DNA of 20,046 bases from Ginkgo biloba (taxonomy: Eukaryota; Plantae; Ginkgophyta), in the NCBI GenBank assembly GCA_024626585.2, contig JANKJI020000002.1:205526932-205546977 (forward strand), read 5' to 3'. Under the pieces are notes generated by a model. That model saw only the letters and a list, made by a program, of their open reading frames with translations. It was not told the DNA's origin and did not search any database. Positions 1 to 11,077 of the stretch are shown piece by piece. Each line of letters begins with the position of its first letter. Position 1 is the stretch's first letter. Made by a program: the position numbers and the translations under genes.

Positions 1-1669
1 AGAAAACATACCAACGACATTACTTTTATCAATAATTATGATTTTAAATATAGAGTATTGAATATGGGTTTAGGCTATGGAATTCTTCTTTTTAGATATA
101 ATTTTGGAATATGTGCATGTACGTGCATGCGTTCTTGTATGTACATGCATGTGTGTGTACTCCCATTCTCACTATATAAAAAAATATGGCCTCTAGTTGA
201 AAATTAACAAAATAATACAAACATTAATATCTTAACCAATTTAATANNNNNNNNNNNNNNNNNNNNNNNNNNNNNNNNNNTTAAATTTAGATAAGAGTAC
301 ATTTTTTGGGTTGAAGATGGATATATTTTGTTAAATAATTAATTTTTTAACTAAAAAGAAAAGGGTGGATGATCTTTTACTTTTCAATGAATTTTGATAG
401 AATATATATAGTATAAGAAGTTTAAGATATGTATGTATGTCTCTGTATGCTTTCTTTTCTTCTTAGTTACCTAAGGACTCGCCATTTTATAGCACTTTCC
501 CATACTATATTCAACTTTGCCTCACAATGTCTCTCTACTCAATAGTGACAAAATTCCATCATGATACTCGTTACAACATTCAACAATTCCTACATAATGA
601 TTTAATTCTAGTATATTAGTATCTCTAAAAGCATGGTTTATCTAAAAGTTTACTTCATTCTTACTTAGAACCTTACAAGGTACTTTGACAACTCATAACT
701 TCAATGATTAATAAATAACACAATTCTTCATTATGTATGAAAGATGTAGTGGTTTTATAGCTAAACTTTTATACTCCTATTTAAAGGTCACATGTTCCAT
801 TTAAACTATAGTATGAGGTCCATATAATTAGGGATGGAATCTATGAAATACACTCATGATAATTAAGAATTCATTTTGTTTGATTATTTTTTCTCAAAGA
901 GTGATCAATATATAGGGCTAGATATAAAATTAGATCAATAAACCTTTTATCATCATTGTTGTTGAAATGAGTCATATTTATATTACAGAGAAATCCAAAG
1001 TGAACTTGAAAGTTGTAGGGGCTCAAGAAAAATTACAAGCCTCCAAAAATAACAAACACCCAAATTTCCACATGGAAAATCAAAACCATAATGAACAAGT
1101 CTTGTTTAGATCTAAAATTATAATATGAAGGTAAAAAGACAAAAATCAACCACCCTCATATAACCAACCATATAGAATAAGTATTAAACATGGCTAGGAA
1201 CTCAACCTCATTGGAGTTGTGCATAAAGAATGATTCAAATCTAGCCTAAGGAATTGTGTATGTTTAGAAGAATTTACCTCCTCAAATGGAGGTCCCTTTT
1301 CTCTCTCCAAATTTTGTAACAAATCTCTTATATGCAATTCAACTTAATGTGTAATATGATAATGATGAAAATGTTGTTATGATATGAATAAACAACATGG
1401 TAGATGATGGAAATAATGATAAACTCCTACTATTTAAGAGTATGGATGCCTACCATTAATAAGCCATTGGTGAAATGCTCACTAAAAATCCTATTTAGTA
1501 ATCCATGGTGAAGGGAATCTGAAAGATTGGAGGTCTTAAATATGTTTAATCAAGTTTCTCAACAAGTCTACTTGCAGAATGTGTACCTCCACCTTGGCCT
1601 ACATCTGGGATTCGAACATAAAAAATAAAATTGAATGACAATTAGTTATGATGTTAGAGAAAACAACAA

Positions 1670-3390
1670 AATTAAAAAGCATATCATTTCTACTTTTCTA
1701 ATCAATCCAAAGGAATTCAACTTTAAAAAGGTACCTTGCATTATGAAAACTAACATTTAGGGCATGGTTATTTTACAAGTGAGAGGTAGAAATCTAAGTT
1801 GTTGGATAAGAAGTTCAATGAATTGTTAAATAGGCTTCATTTGTGTATAGTTCCAAAAGAGGTGCATAAAGGGAGTTTATTGGTGCCAATACCATTCAAC
1901 CCATTATGGACCAATAGTTGAAAAATATTCTCTAATTGAATGGCTTGGGGAAGAGTAGTTAACAATGTAAAAAATATATTTACATAAGAGTTCAACAACA
2001 TTCTCAGGGTTTGTAACTTTGCCTAGGTAAACCAATTGCAAGTCCAAAAATTACACAAATCTTGGACCACTATAATACCTTCTTTAAACCATGATTAAGC
2101 TTATTTTAGAAAAATTAAATTAAAAGGTCTATGATTTATGCAGATCAAGATGCTCTACCAAAGTGATGTTAAGGGGTAGAAAACCCTTTCCAAAGGTCTT
2201 GACCTCTTCATCAAAGGAATCTTCTTCCCTTTCCCATGCCTTCCTTATTACCTAAAAGGCTAGTGAACCTTTTGTCTTAATATTAACCATAGCCATTAGA
2301 ATANNNNNNNNNNNNNNNNNNNNNNNNNNNNNNNNNNNNNNNNNNNNNNNNNNNNNNNNNNNNNNNNNNNNNNNNNNNNNNNNNNNNNNNNNNNNNNNNN
2401 NNNNNNNNNNNNNNNNNNNNNNNNNNNNNNNNNNNNNNNNNNNNNNNNNNNNNNNNNNNNNNNNNNNNNNNNNNNNNNNNNNNNNNNNNNNNNNNNNNNN
2501 NNNNNNNNNNNNNNNNNNNNNNNNNNNNNNNNNNNNNNNNNNNNNNNNNNNNNNNNNNNNNNNNNNNNNNNNNNNNNNNNNNNNNNNNNNNNNNNNNNNN
2601 NNNNNNNNNNNNNNNNNNNNNNNNNNNNNNNNNNNNNNNNNNNNNNNNNNNNNNNNNNNNNNNNNNNNNNNNNNNNNNNNNNNNNNNNNNNNNNNNNNNN
2701 NNNNNNNNNNNNNNNNNNNNNNNNNNNNNNNNNNNNNNNNNNNNNNNNNNNNNNNNNNNNNNNNNNNNNNNNNNNNNNNNNNNNNNNNNNNNNNNNNNNN
2801 NNNNNNNNNNNNNNNNNNNNNNNNNNNNNNNNNNNNNNNNNNNNNNNNNNNNNNNNNNNNNNNNNNNNNNNNNNNNNNNNNNNNNNNNAAGTTGTTGGAG
2901 CAAGTAATCTACATTAGTTTTTTCAGCACCTATTGTAAACTCCTATCATCAATGAATTAATCATATAAAAGTTGTTTATGAGAAATAAGAAGCTTGATTC
3001 CTTTCAAAAGAGATTTTTCTCTAATCATTTTGAAACAAATACCCCAACACATCTATATATAGAGTATATAATAGGGGAGCATGTGGGTGACCTTGGAAAA
3101 TCGACCTTTGGAAAGGGATTACCTTTCATACTTCTCTATTGACCACAACATAAGTTGTGGCATTAGTGAGCGACATCCTTACTGCATTACAAAAATAAGT
3201 GCTAAATTTAGTCTTACTTAACATTACAAGAATAATTTCCCACTACACTTTGTCATAAATTTTTTCAAATTTAATCTTTAGAAAGGAAGTGGATTGTTGT
3301 GATTTGCATGCCTAGTTTATGCCTTTATTCGCAGCCAAAATGTTTCTATAATGTAGCTACCTTTAATAAAACTTGTTTTCTTTGGTTTAA
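1670..3390 (-). mobile_element. Degenerate L1-clade LINE ORF2 remnant (RT core to C-terminal zinc-knuckle region), spanning the gap 2304-2888
   Basis: Manual minus-strand translation gives ordered LINE ORF2 motifs: SFIKGSYI; FLKIKFEKIYDKV*W (consensus LKIDFEKAYDRVEW); RSIFQGHPHAPLLY (RQGCPLSP motif); FIDD at 2945-2956 (FADD); SLW*SIL...SWFKEGI near 2080-2170; HLFWNY at 1847-1864 (HLFWxC); LWID*KSRNDMLFN at ~1670-1711 (LWxIWKxRN). Many stops and frameshifts. Confidence 0.85.
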
Positions 3391-4149
3391 AATTTTGAGG
3401 GTTGAGGGGATTAACCCATATTTGTCCTTTATTTTCCATAGTTTACTAGTAAATTTGGCATGAAGTTATCTACTAACTTCTCATATTATATTACTAGCTA
3501 GTAGTGCAAGTTAATTTTCATATCATCCTTCCTTGAGGATAATATTTACTTCCCTCTCCTAAAAAATTTACTAATAACCATTTTATTAATAACAATAATC
3601 ATTACTTCAAAAAAAAAAAAATGTTACATAATTTTAATATAATTATGTTATTTTTATAGGCTATCATAGCTTGTTCACTTTTTACATAGTTTGGTAATAT
3701 ATCGAGGTATTTTTTTCTCGTGTTTATATCTCTTCAATTATTATTAGTTATACTTTAGTGTTATATCAATTAATAACATCATAATGATTATGGAAGATTT
3801 ATGTATATAATTATGTGTTTATGTTATTTATTAATTAGTGTATTATTAGTTTGTACTATCATTAATAAGTACCAATTTGGGCACTTACAAGAAGACACCA
3901 TTGAGCATCAGGTGGATTAACCTCAAAATTCATTTAATAAACGAGAAATGAAGTTGAAATCATAAATTAGGAAGATGGTGAGTTTGTTAGACTATGGGCT
4001 CAGTTTCAAGAACAAGTCATAACACTAGGTATTCAACTAGTTATAACAACACTAATTGTGGTAGAACTAGTTGCTATAATTCCTACTTCTTTTATATATC
4101 CTTCATAATCACCATTTATCCCTTTTAAGCATCCACTACTTTGGAAAAT

Positions 4150-4629
4150 CCATTCAAGGTTTTATTTAGAGTAGATATTCAAATGTTTTATGATGGTAAG
4201 ATGAAATAAAAAAATATTGAATCATGGATCTCAGTGTTAGAGATATATTATTCTCATCAATTTTATGTAGGTTTGTAAAATATCATCTTTTCTTGATTGA
4301 AAAATGTTTAGAAAATTGGTTGTGGTAAAATTCTTATTACAAAAATCATGAGTAGGAGAAAAAGTTACTAATTATAGTATGAAGTGATTTAAAAAAAAAA
4401 TAAGTTAAGGACAAATTTCTATCCTCTTTAACTATGAGGATAAATTATGGCTCAAATGGTAATACTTAAGACAAAAAGAGGACAAAATTTGGAGGAATAA
4501 TATGATGAATTCCAAGACTTGTCTATCAAACTCGAAGTTAAGGAGACTTAAAAAAATATGGTCTTGAAGTTTGTTCGAGGCATATAATATTAGATACACC
4601 ATGAAATTAATATCTTTCCATTGCATTCC
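4150..4629 (+). pseudogene. Retrotransposon gag remnant
   Basis: Piecewise translation PFKVYLE / DIQMFYDGKMK*KNIESWISVLEIYY, then FYP / NYEDKLWLKW*YLRQK / GQNLEE*YDEF, matches the retrotransposon gag pattern (W..LRQ..GQ.V.EY..EF). It runs into the gap at 4630. Confidence 0.7.
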
Positions 4630-5659
4630 NNNNNNNNNNNNNNNNNNNNNNNNNNNNNNNNNNNNNNNNNNNNNNNNNNNNNNNNNNNNNNNNNNNNNNN
4701 NNNNNNNNNNNNNNNNNNNNNNNNNNNNNNNNNNNNNNNNNNNNNNNNNNNNNNNNNNNNNNNNNNNNNNNNNNNNNNNNNNNNNNNNNNNNNNNNNNNN
4801 NNNNNNNNNNNNNNNNNNNNNNNNNNNNNNNNNNNNNNNNNNNNNNNNNNNNNNNNNNNNNNNNNNNNNNNNNNNNNNNNNNNNNNNNNNNNNNNNNNNN
4901 NNNNNNNNNNNNNNNNNNNNNNNNNNNNNNNNNNNNNNNNNNNNNNNNNNNNNNNNNNNNNNNNNNNNNNNNNNNNNNNNNNNNNNNNNNNNNNNNNNNN
5001 NNNNNNNNNNNNNNNNNNNNNNNNNNNNNNNNNNNNNNNNNNNNNNNNNNNNNNNNNNNNNNNNNNNNNNNNNNNNNNNNNNNNNNNNNNNNNNNNNNNN
5101 NNNNNNNNNNNNNNNNNNNNNNNNNNNNNNNNNNNNNNNNNNNNNNNNNNNNNNNNNNNNNNNNNNNNNNNNNNNNNNNNNNNNNNNNNNNNNNNNNNNN
5201 NNNNNNNNNNNNNNNNNNNNNNNNNNNNNNNNNNNNNNNNNNNNNNNNNNNNNNNNNNNNNNNNNNNNNNNNNNNNNNNNNNNNNNNNNNNNNNNNNNNN
5301 NNNNNNNNNNNNNNNNNNNNNNNNNNNNNNNNAAAAGAAATTATTATTGAGTGGTGCATAAGACAAGTAATTAGTGCAATCATCTTAGAAGTTTAAGTTA
5401 ATTATGCTAAGGAACCAAAAAGACTCAAATTATAATAATAATTGAGAGTTTAGATCTACCACATATGTTGAGGAACAAAAGAAATAATTGAATGGAATTT
5501 TGTAGGATTTAATAAATGTGTTTTGAGAATTATAAGACCTACAACCTGAGAGATTTATATCTCATGTAGTTGATATTATACCAAGAGTAGCTTTTCCAAA
5601 TGGGGTGTTATATAAAAAATTCATTATTAAATACAAAGATAACAAAACGATATTAGAGG

Positions 5660-6625
5660 ATTTATTGGAGAAAGGGTGCACTTGACCTAGTTCTTCACCA
5701 TATGGCTCACTTGTGATCTTAATGCTTAAGAAGGATGACACTTACATATGTGCATTAATTTTAGATCCATTAATAATATTATGATCGAAAATAGATATCC
5801 ATTTGTTGAATTGATTATTTACTTGATTAATTACACAAATTTAATTATTTGAGTAAAACATATTTGGAGTTTAAGTTACCACTAGGTTAAAGTCAAAGAG
5901 AAGTATATTTGGAAGATAGCTTTCAAGATAAAGAAAGGGATTTTCAAGTGGTTTGTAATACCATTTAGACAAAGTAATGGACCAACCACCTTCATGAGTG
6001 TCATGGATTACAATATTTCACCACATTTAGACTCCCTTTTTATTGCCTACCTAGATGGCATACTTATATTTAGTCACACTTGGGAGGAGCACCTTATGCA
6101 CATTCAATAGGTCTTACAATAGTTAAGAGAATGTCAACTTTAGGCTAACATGAAGAAATATAGCTCCACCATGCATAGTAGCTCTTATCTTGGTTTCATC
6201 ATTAATTATTATGGATTTTGTGTTGATCCCACCAAGATTTAAGGACTAAAGGGATTAGGGATAGATTATTAATATTCATAAGTTATGCATCTTTTTTGCA
6301 TTAGAAAAATTATATAGGAATTTTATTCTAGGATTCCAAAAGATTACCTCCTCTTAATCAATTGACAAAGGCTAATCAGGACTTCACTTAGAGTAAGGCT
6401 AAATAAGATGATTTTTATTTATTAAAGCATCTCTTATGTACAACAATAATTTTGGTTATGACCAACCTTTAGTTACATTTTAAGGTGGATGTGGATTCAT
6501 TATGGCATTCCATGGGAGTGATTTTAACACAGTTAGACAAGTTAATTTCCTATCATTTTAATTTTTTTTAAGATATAGTTTAGAGTTATAACATACACCA
6601 TAAGGATAAATATTATATTTTCCAA
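5660..6625 (+). pseudogene. Ty3/gypsy reverse transcriptase and RNase H remnant
   Basis: LLEKGCT*PSSSPYGSLVILMLKKDDT; MCINFRSINNIMIENRYP; SYH*VKVKEKYIWKIAFKIKKGIFKWFVIPFRQSNGPTTFM; YLDGILIFSHTWEEHL (catalytic YLDD changed to YLDG at 6048-6059); RNase H FKVDVDSLWHSMGVILTQ and SYNIHHKDKY (consensus ETDAS..MGAVLTQ, NYSTYDKE). Homology stops at about 6625. Confidence 0.93.
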
Positions 6626-6829
6626 TACAAGCTCCCATCTCTCTTCATGAAGCTAATATTATCTACCTTAAATATACAATGTACTCATCACTATTAATCT
6701 TAACATCACCATTCCTATGGATCTCTATTCCATCATCATTAATCTTCCAAAATGGAGAGGTATATATGGAAAAAATCCAAAAAGCTAAGAATCAAATATT
6801 AAGGAAGATAGAGAGTAAGGAACAAACAA

Positions 6830-6918
6830 TGAGAAGACAAAAAAATCTATTCAAGTGAATGCATATGCAGAAGAAATAGTGAGAAGACAAAAAATCTATT
6901 CAAGTGAATGCATATGCA
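6830..6918. repeat. Near-perfect ~40-bp direct repeat with a 50-bp period
   Basis: TGAGAAGAC(A)6-7TCTATTCAAGTGAATGCATATGCA occurs at 6830-6869 and 6880-6918. Confidence 0.95.
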
Positions 6919-7182
6919 AATACTAGGTGCAAACTAATTGTGTTTGTATAATAGTATAAATATTTTATTTTTTGTTCAACCAACATCTTATATAATTACT
7001 CCAATGAAGTTTATATTAGTGGTGGATAAATTTTTATTCTACAAGTTTCTATAAATTAGAATTTAGTAGTGGATGGAATACATGAAATCACAAATGGATC
7101 CTAAGTGAGAAACATATAAAGTATTCTTTATAGTAAGGGACATTCTTTACAAATCCACTGATACTATTTAGCCATAAGGGCA

Positions 7183-7347
7183 TGGATGGATGGATTTTAT
7201 TTTCTATAGGAACTTTTTATATATATGTACATACGTGCACACACACATGTATGTATGTATATATGTATATGTATGTGTGTGTGTACCTATGCGTGCACAC
7301 ACACACACACAAAATAAATGTATGTATGTATGTATGGATAGATGGAT
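7183..7347. repeat. Compound microsatellite (GGAT, TA, CA, TATG, TG units)
   Basis: Directly visible simple repeats that run into the 100-N gap at 7348. Confidence 0.9.
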
Positions 7348-7447
7348 NNNNNNNNNNNNNNNNNNNNNNNNNNNNNNNNNNNNNNNNNNNNNNNNNNNNN
7401 NNNNNNNNNNNNNNNNNNNNNNNNNNNNNNNNNNNNNNNNNNNNNNN

Positions 7448-8708
7448 CAAGGTGAACTTGCTTTGTGTGTCATGTATGAGTTTTAGACAATAGTTGGTAA
7501 GAGAGGCACATCATTATAAAGTTGTAGGTCACTTTGGAGTGTAAAATACTTTAATATATATTCCAAGAGACTTATATTATCCTAGGATGCAATCAATTGG
7601 AGAATAAACATATCAAACCTCGTGCTTTATGTTGTATCATCAAGCCTTTTAATATGATGCTTGGAAATATTAGTGTCGTTCAATACTTGACAGATCTTGG
7701 GAGTACATGTGGATGGACTTTTTGGGTGGATTACCCACTTCTGGGTATGGTTATGACTATATCTTTATGGTTGTTGATAAAATTCAACAAGATGGATATC
7801 CTCAACNNNNNNNNNNNNNNNNNNNNNNCTCACTATAAGTTGTAAAAATCTTCTTCATATATGTTTGGGTTCATTATGAATTACCTTCACCTATTATTTC
7901 AATCAAAGATAGAAAGTTTCTTAGCCATTATTGGACTACTTTATGGATAATGATGGATACCAAATTGAATAAATCAACATCCTTCCATCCATAGATAGAT
8001 GGGAACATAAAGGTGGAAAATAAAACACTCTTAAATTCTTTGTAGATTTATAAGCATTGGCATCCCAAGACATGGGATGAGTCCCTTCCATTTATCCAAC
8101 ATAGATGCAACAAAGATTTTCATTGCTTTCTTGGTAATTTAACTTTTGGGACTTGTTTGGAATATATTCCTACTCTCTTATTGATCTTTGTGTTTTGGTT
8201 TTTCAATTCTTCTTCTTATTTTAAATAAAAAGCTCATATGCATACAATGGATTTTATAGAGCATATTCAAAGAATTTGTAAATAATTGCATAAAGCTTTG
8301 ATTTGAGGACAAATCAAGTATAGAGAAGACTAAACTTTTTAATTAGGGAATAGGATACGGTTCTATAAACTAAAAGAAACATTTAAGTGCAAGGATAGGA
8401 AGATCAATCCACTTTGATATGGTCGATATATCATCTTGGAGTAGGTTAGAGAGTGATTTTTTCTTTGAATTTCCATCCTATATGGGTTTGCATCTTATTT
8501 ATAATGTGAAAATCCTAAACCCATTAGATCATTTTTTATTAGACAATAATGGAGATAGTTTCAAACAACACCCTAATGATATTAAGCTAGGCTATGAGGA
8601 AACAGTTGAGAAGGATAAGATCTTTGAGCACCAAACCAAATGAATAAGTCCTTATACCATTTATTCTTTCTTAGTTGGAAAGCATGGAAATACCCACATT
8701 AAGCTGAT
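7448..8708 (+). pseudogene. Ty3/gypsy integrase remnant (zinc finger, catalytic core, GPY/F module, possible degenerate chromodomain-like tail)
   Basis: LVREAHHYKVVGHFGV; RALCCIIKP; WEYMWMDFLGGLP; GYDYIFMVVDKFNKM; VWVHYELPSPIISIKDRKFLSHYWTTLW...STSFHP*IDG; WDESLPFIQ; PL*YGRYIILE; FPSYMGLHLIYNVKIL. Track ORFs 7597-7845 and 8419-8643 are fragments of this region. Confidence 0.92.
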
Positions 8709-10903
8709 NNNNNNNNNNNNNNNNNNNNNNNNNNNNNNNNNNNNNNNNNNNNNNNNNNNNNNNNNNNNNNNNNNNNNNNNNNNNNNNNNNNNNNNNNNNN
8801 NNNNNNNNNNNNNNNNNNNNNNNNNNNNNNNNNNNNNNNNNNNNNNNNNNNNNNNNNNNNNNNNNNNNNNNNNNNNNNNNNNNNNNNNNNNNNNNNNNNN
8901 NNNNNNNNNNNNNNNNNNNNNNNNNNNNNNNNNNNNNNNNNNNNNNNNNNNNNNNNNNNNNNNNNNNNNNNNNNNNNNNNNNNNNTAGGTGTATGCAACT
9001 TATGCATGCGTAAGAGACATATTTTTGTTAAGTAAATTCTTGAAATAAATTAAGAATATTTAAGCATACTAAGGGAAGTATTTTAGAACTTGGTATGGGA
9101 GAGTCAATTTACAAGAGAGGCCACAAATTTGGTGAAGGACTTCTATAGATAACCGTTATGTGCACTTATTATAAAGTAATAAAAAATATCTTATNNNNNN
9201 NNNNNNNNNNNNNNNNNNNNNNNNNNNNNNNNNNNNNNNNNNNNNNNNNNNNNNNNNNNNNNNNNNNNTAATTATTAAATTATTAGGTAAGTATTTGAGA
9301 AATTTGACCAATCCATAACAAACCTATTTGTTACATCATTAGTAAGGATCTGCATACAATATAAAGGGTATCCATGTGTAAAACACTCCATATACGAATT
9401 TTTGAGTTTTTAAAGTTCTCATAAAAATGAAAAGGAATAGGTTTTACTCTATGAAACTTGCGTGAATTTTCAAAATAGACATGGTGTTTATAGATTTTTC
9501 CCATGGATGTTTAGATAAAAGGTGTGATTTTATGTAGAAAATCCACGTGTTTTTCCTTCTACAAAAACTAAGAAAATTGACTAACAAAATTGTATAATTA
9601 GTGTTTGTAAGTTTTCCAACAGATTGTAGACTCATAGAAAGTTATGAAAAAGATTTTTCTTTCAAATATTTTAAGTCTAAGAGGATTTTATTCCACTTAT
9701 ACTACCTTTAAGGATCATTGTTAAGCATTATCTCCTTATAACACATTAAGACCACTAGAAATTATGAGGATAATCAATGGTCTCATTTAGAGCTAGTTCA
9801 CTATATATATTGTACTATATATATTGTTTGATTTTTTGATGGAGATAGAATTAGATCATACACCATTATTTATCTCACCTAAACTACACCCTTCTTCAAT
9901 AAAATTCATAAGATAAAACTATAAGCAAGCCCATTCCTCACACTAAATTATTTTTCACCCATAAATGACCAACCCTACCTATTAAAGTGGATATATATTT
10001 ATCACTCTTTCTATTTGGGTAATGTTTATTATAGAATTTTCCAATACTTCTCGGTTGATGACAGACTTAGTTATAATATTATTATAGTAGATGAACCACC
10101 CAGAATGACACTCTAAGATTTATTCAATAAATTAATCTAACCCTCAATTAGTCGACCGCGAGTAGTAAAAATGGATTCAAGATTAGTAACCCATACCGAA
10201 TGCCATAATAAACCCTCAAGGCTTGAGAGAGATCTTAAGCCTTGGACCCTAGGTGAATATTATGGATCGCACTAATGTAAAAAAACCTCTCCTTATTTAA
10301 GGTTCAAAGTTCTAACATATTATATTGTACTTATCTTATTACAATAATGCTAATGAATCTAATTATGAAAGTATACAAATGCCAAATCGATGACAAAAAT
10401 AAAACCACCACATATGCATATACATACAAGTAAAAATTAAGCAAATGAACACCTTTGAATACCTAAATACAATTATGCTAAGACATATTCATCATATAGG
10501 AAATTAGAAGAAATGGAGATTTCTCATTAACATAATCACATGCGAAGGCATATTTTACAACATGAATTAAAGTCCATTTTTTTACTAAATGTGATTTCTA
10601 AGTTAGTTCTCTAAGACTCCCTTAATACATCTTCTTAATATTTTCTTCTTAAAAATGCCTACACTCAAAATTTAAAAAGACAATATACTCTCTTCTTCTA
10701 TTACTACTTGTTATACTTCCTTTTACTTTATTTTCTCTTAGTTATACTTTATTCACCTTCTCATGAAATTCAAAATTTAGGCTATATATACATATATATG
10801 CCNNNNNNNNNNNNNNNNNNNNNNNNNNNNNNNNNNNNNNNNNNNNNNNNNNNNNNNNNNNNNNNNNNNNNNNNNNNNNNNNNNNNNNNNNNNNNNNNNN
10901 NNT

Positions 10904-11077
10904 GCGCGAGTGAGGGTGAGTCTCGGAGCAGCAGTAGATGGTCTCTCAACTGACGTTGGCACGGGTATTAATGTGCCGTTGGATACTCGTAATAATGACG
11001 TTGCTGTTTCTGCCGCTCGTTCTGGTGGCGGAGGAACTGCAAATTCCGCTCAACAATATCACAAACACATGCCTTAA
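10904..11077 (+). CDS. Putative 5'-partial coding exon of an unknown small protein or peptide precursor (start hidden in the gap 10803-10902)
   Basis: The frame is open from the gap edge: ARVRVSLGAAVDGLSTDVGTGINVPLDTRNNDVAVSAARSGGGGTANSAQQYHKHMP* (TAA 11075-11077). It is clearly richer in GC and CpG than its flanks and has many GNN codons. A plant-like 3' UTR follows, with AATAAA at 11278-11283. No family recognised. Confidence 0.5.
   Translation, partial: ARVRVSLGAAVDGLSTDVGTGINVPLDTRNNDVAVSAARSGGGGTANSAQQYHKHMP

Larger units (their letters stand above)
4150..8708 (+). mobile_element. Degenerate Ty3/gypsy LTR retrotransposon internal region (gag-[gap]-RT-RNaseH-[interruption]-integrase)
   Basis: Domains lie on one strand in gypsy order (RT, RH, INT); see sub-features. 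No convincing LTR pair was found. The RT-RH and INT parts may belong to one element or to two neighbouring fragments. Confidence 0.85.

Noticed and set aside
7182-7493. Tyr/Val/Cys/His-rich ORFs on both strands
   Set aside because: They are translations of microsatellite plus gap.
3700-9340. Possible gypsy LTR ends (TGTTATATCA ~3760, TGTTACATCA ~9330)
   Set aside because: The flanking sequences do not align convincingly, and no PBS or PPT was recognised.
10708-10953. Track ORF MLYFLLLYF... resembling a signal peptide
   Set aside because: It has a TTG start in T-rich low-complexity DNA, crosses a gap of uncertain size and stops 17 codons after it. The frame at 10904-11077 is the better candidate.
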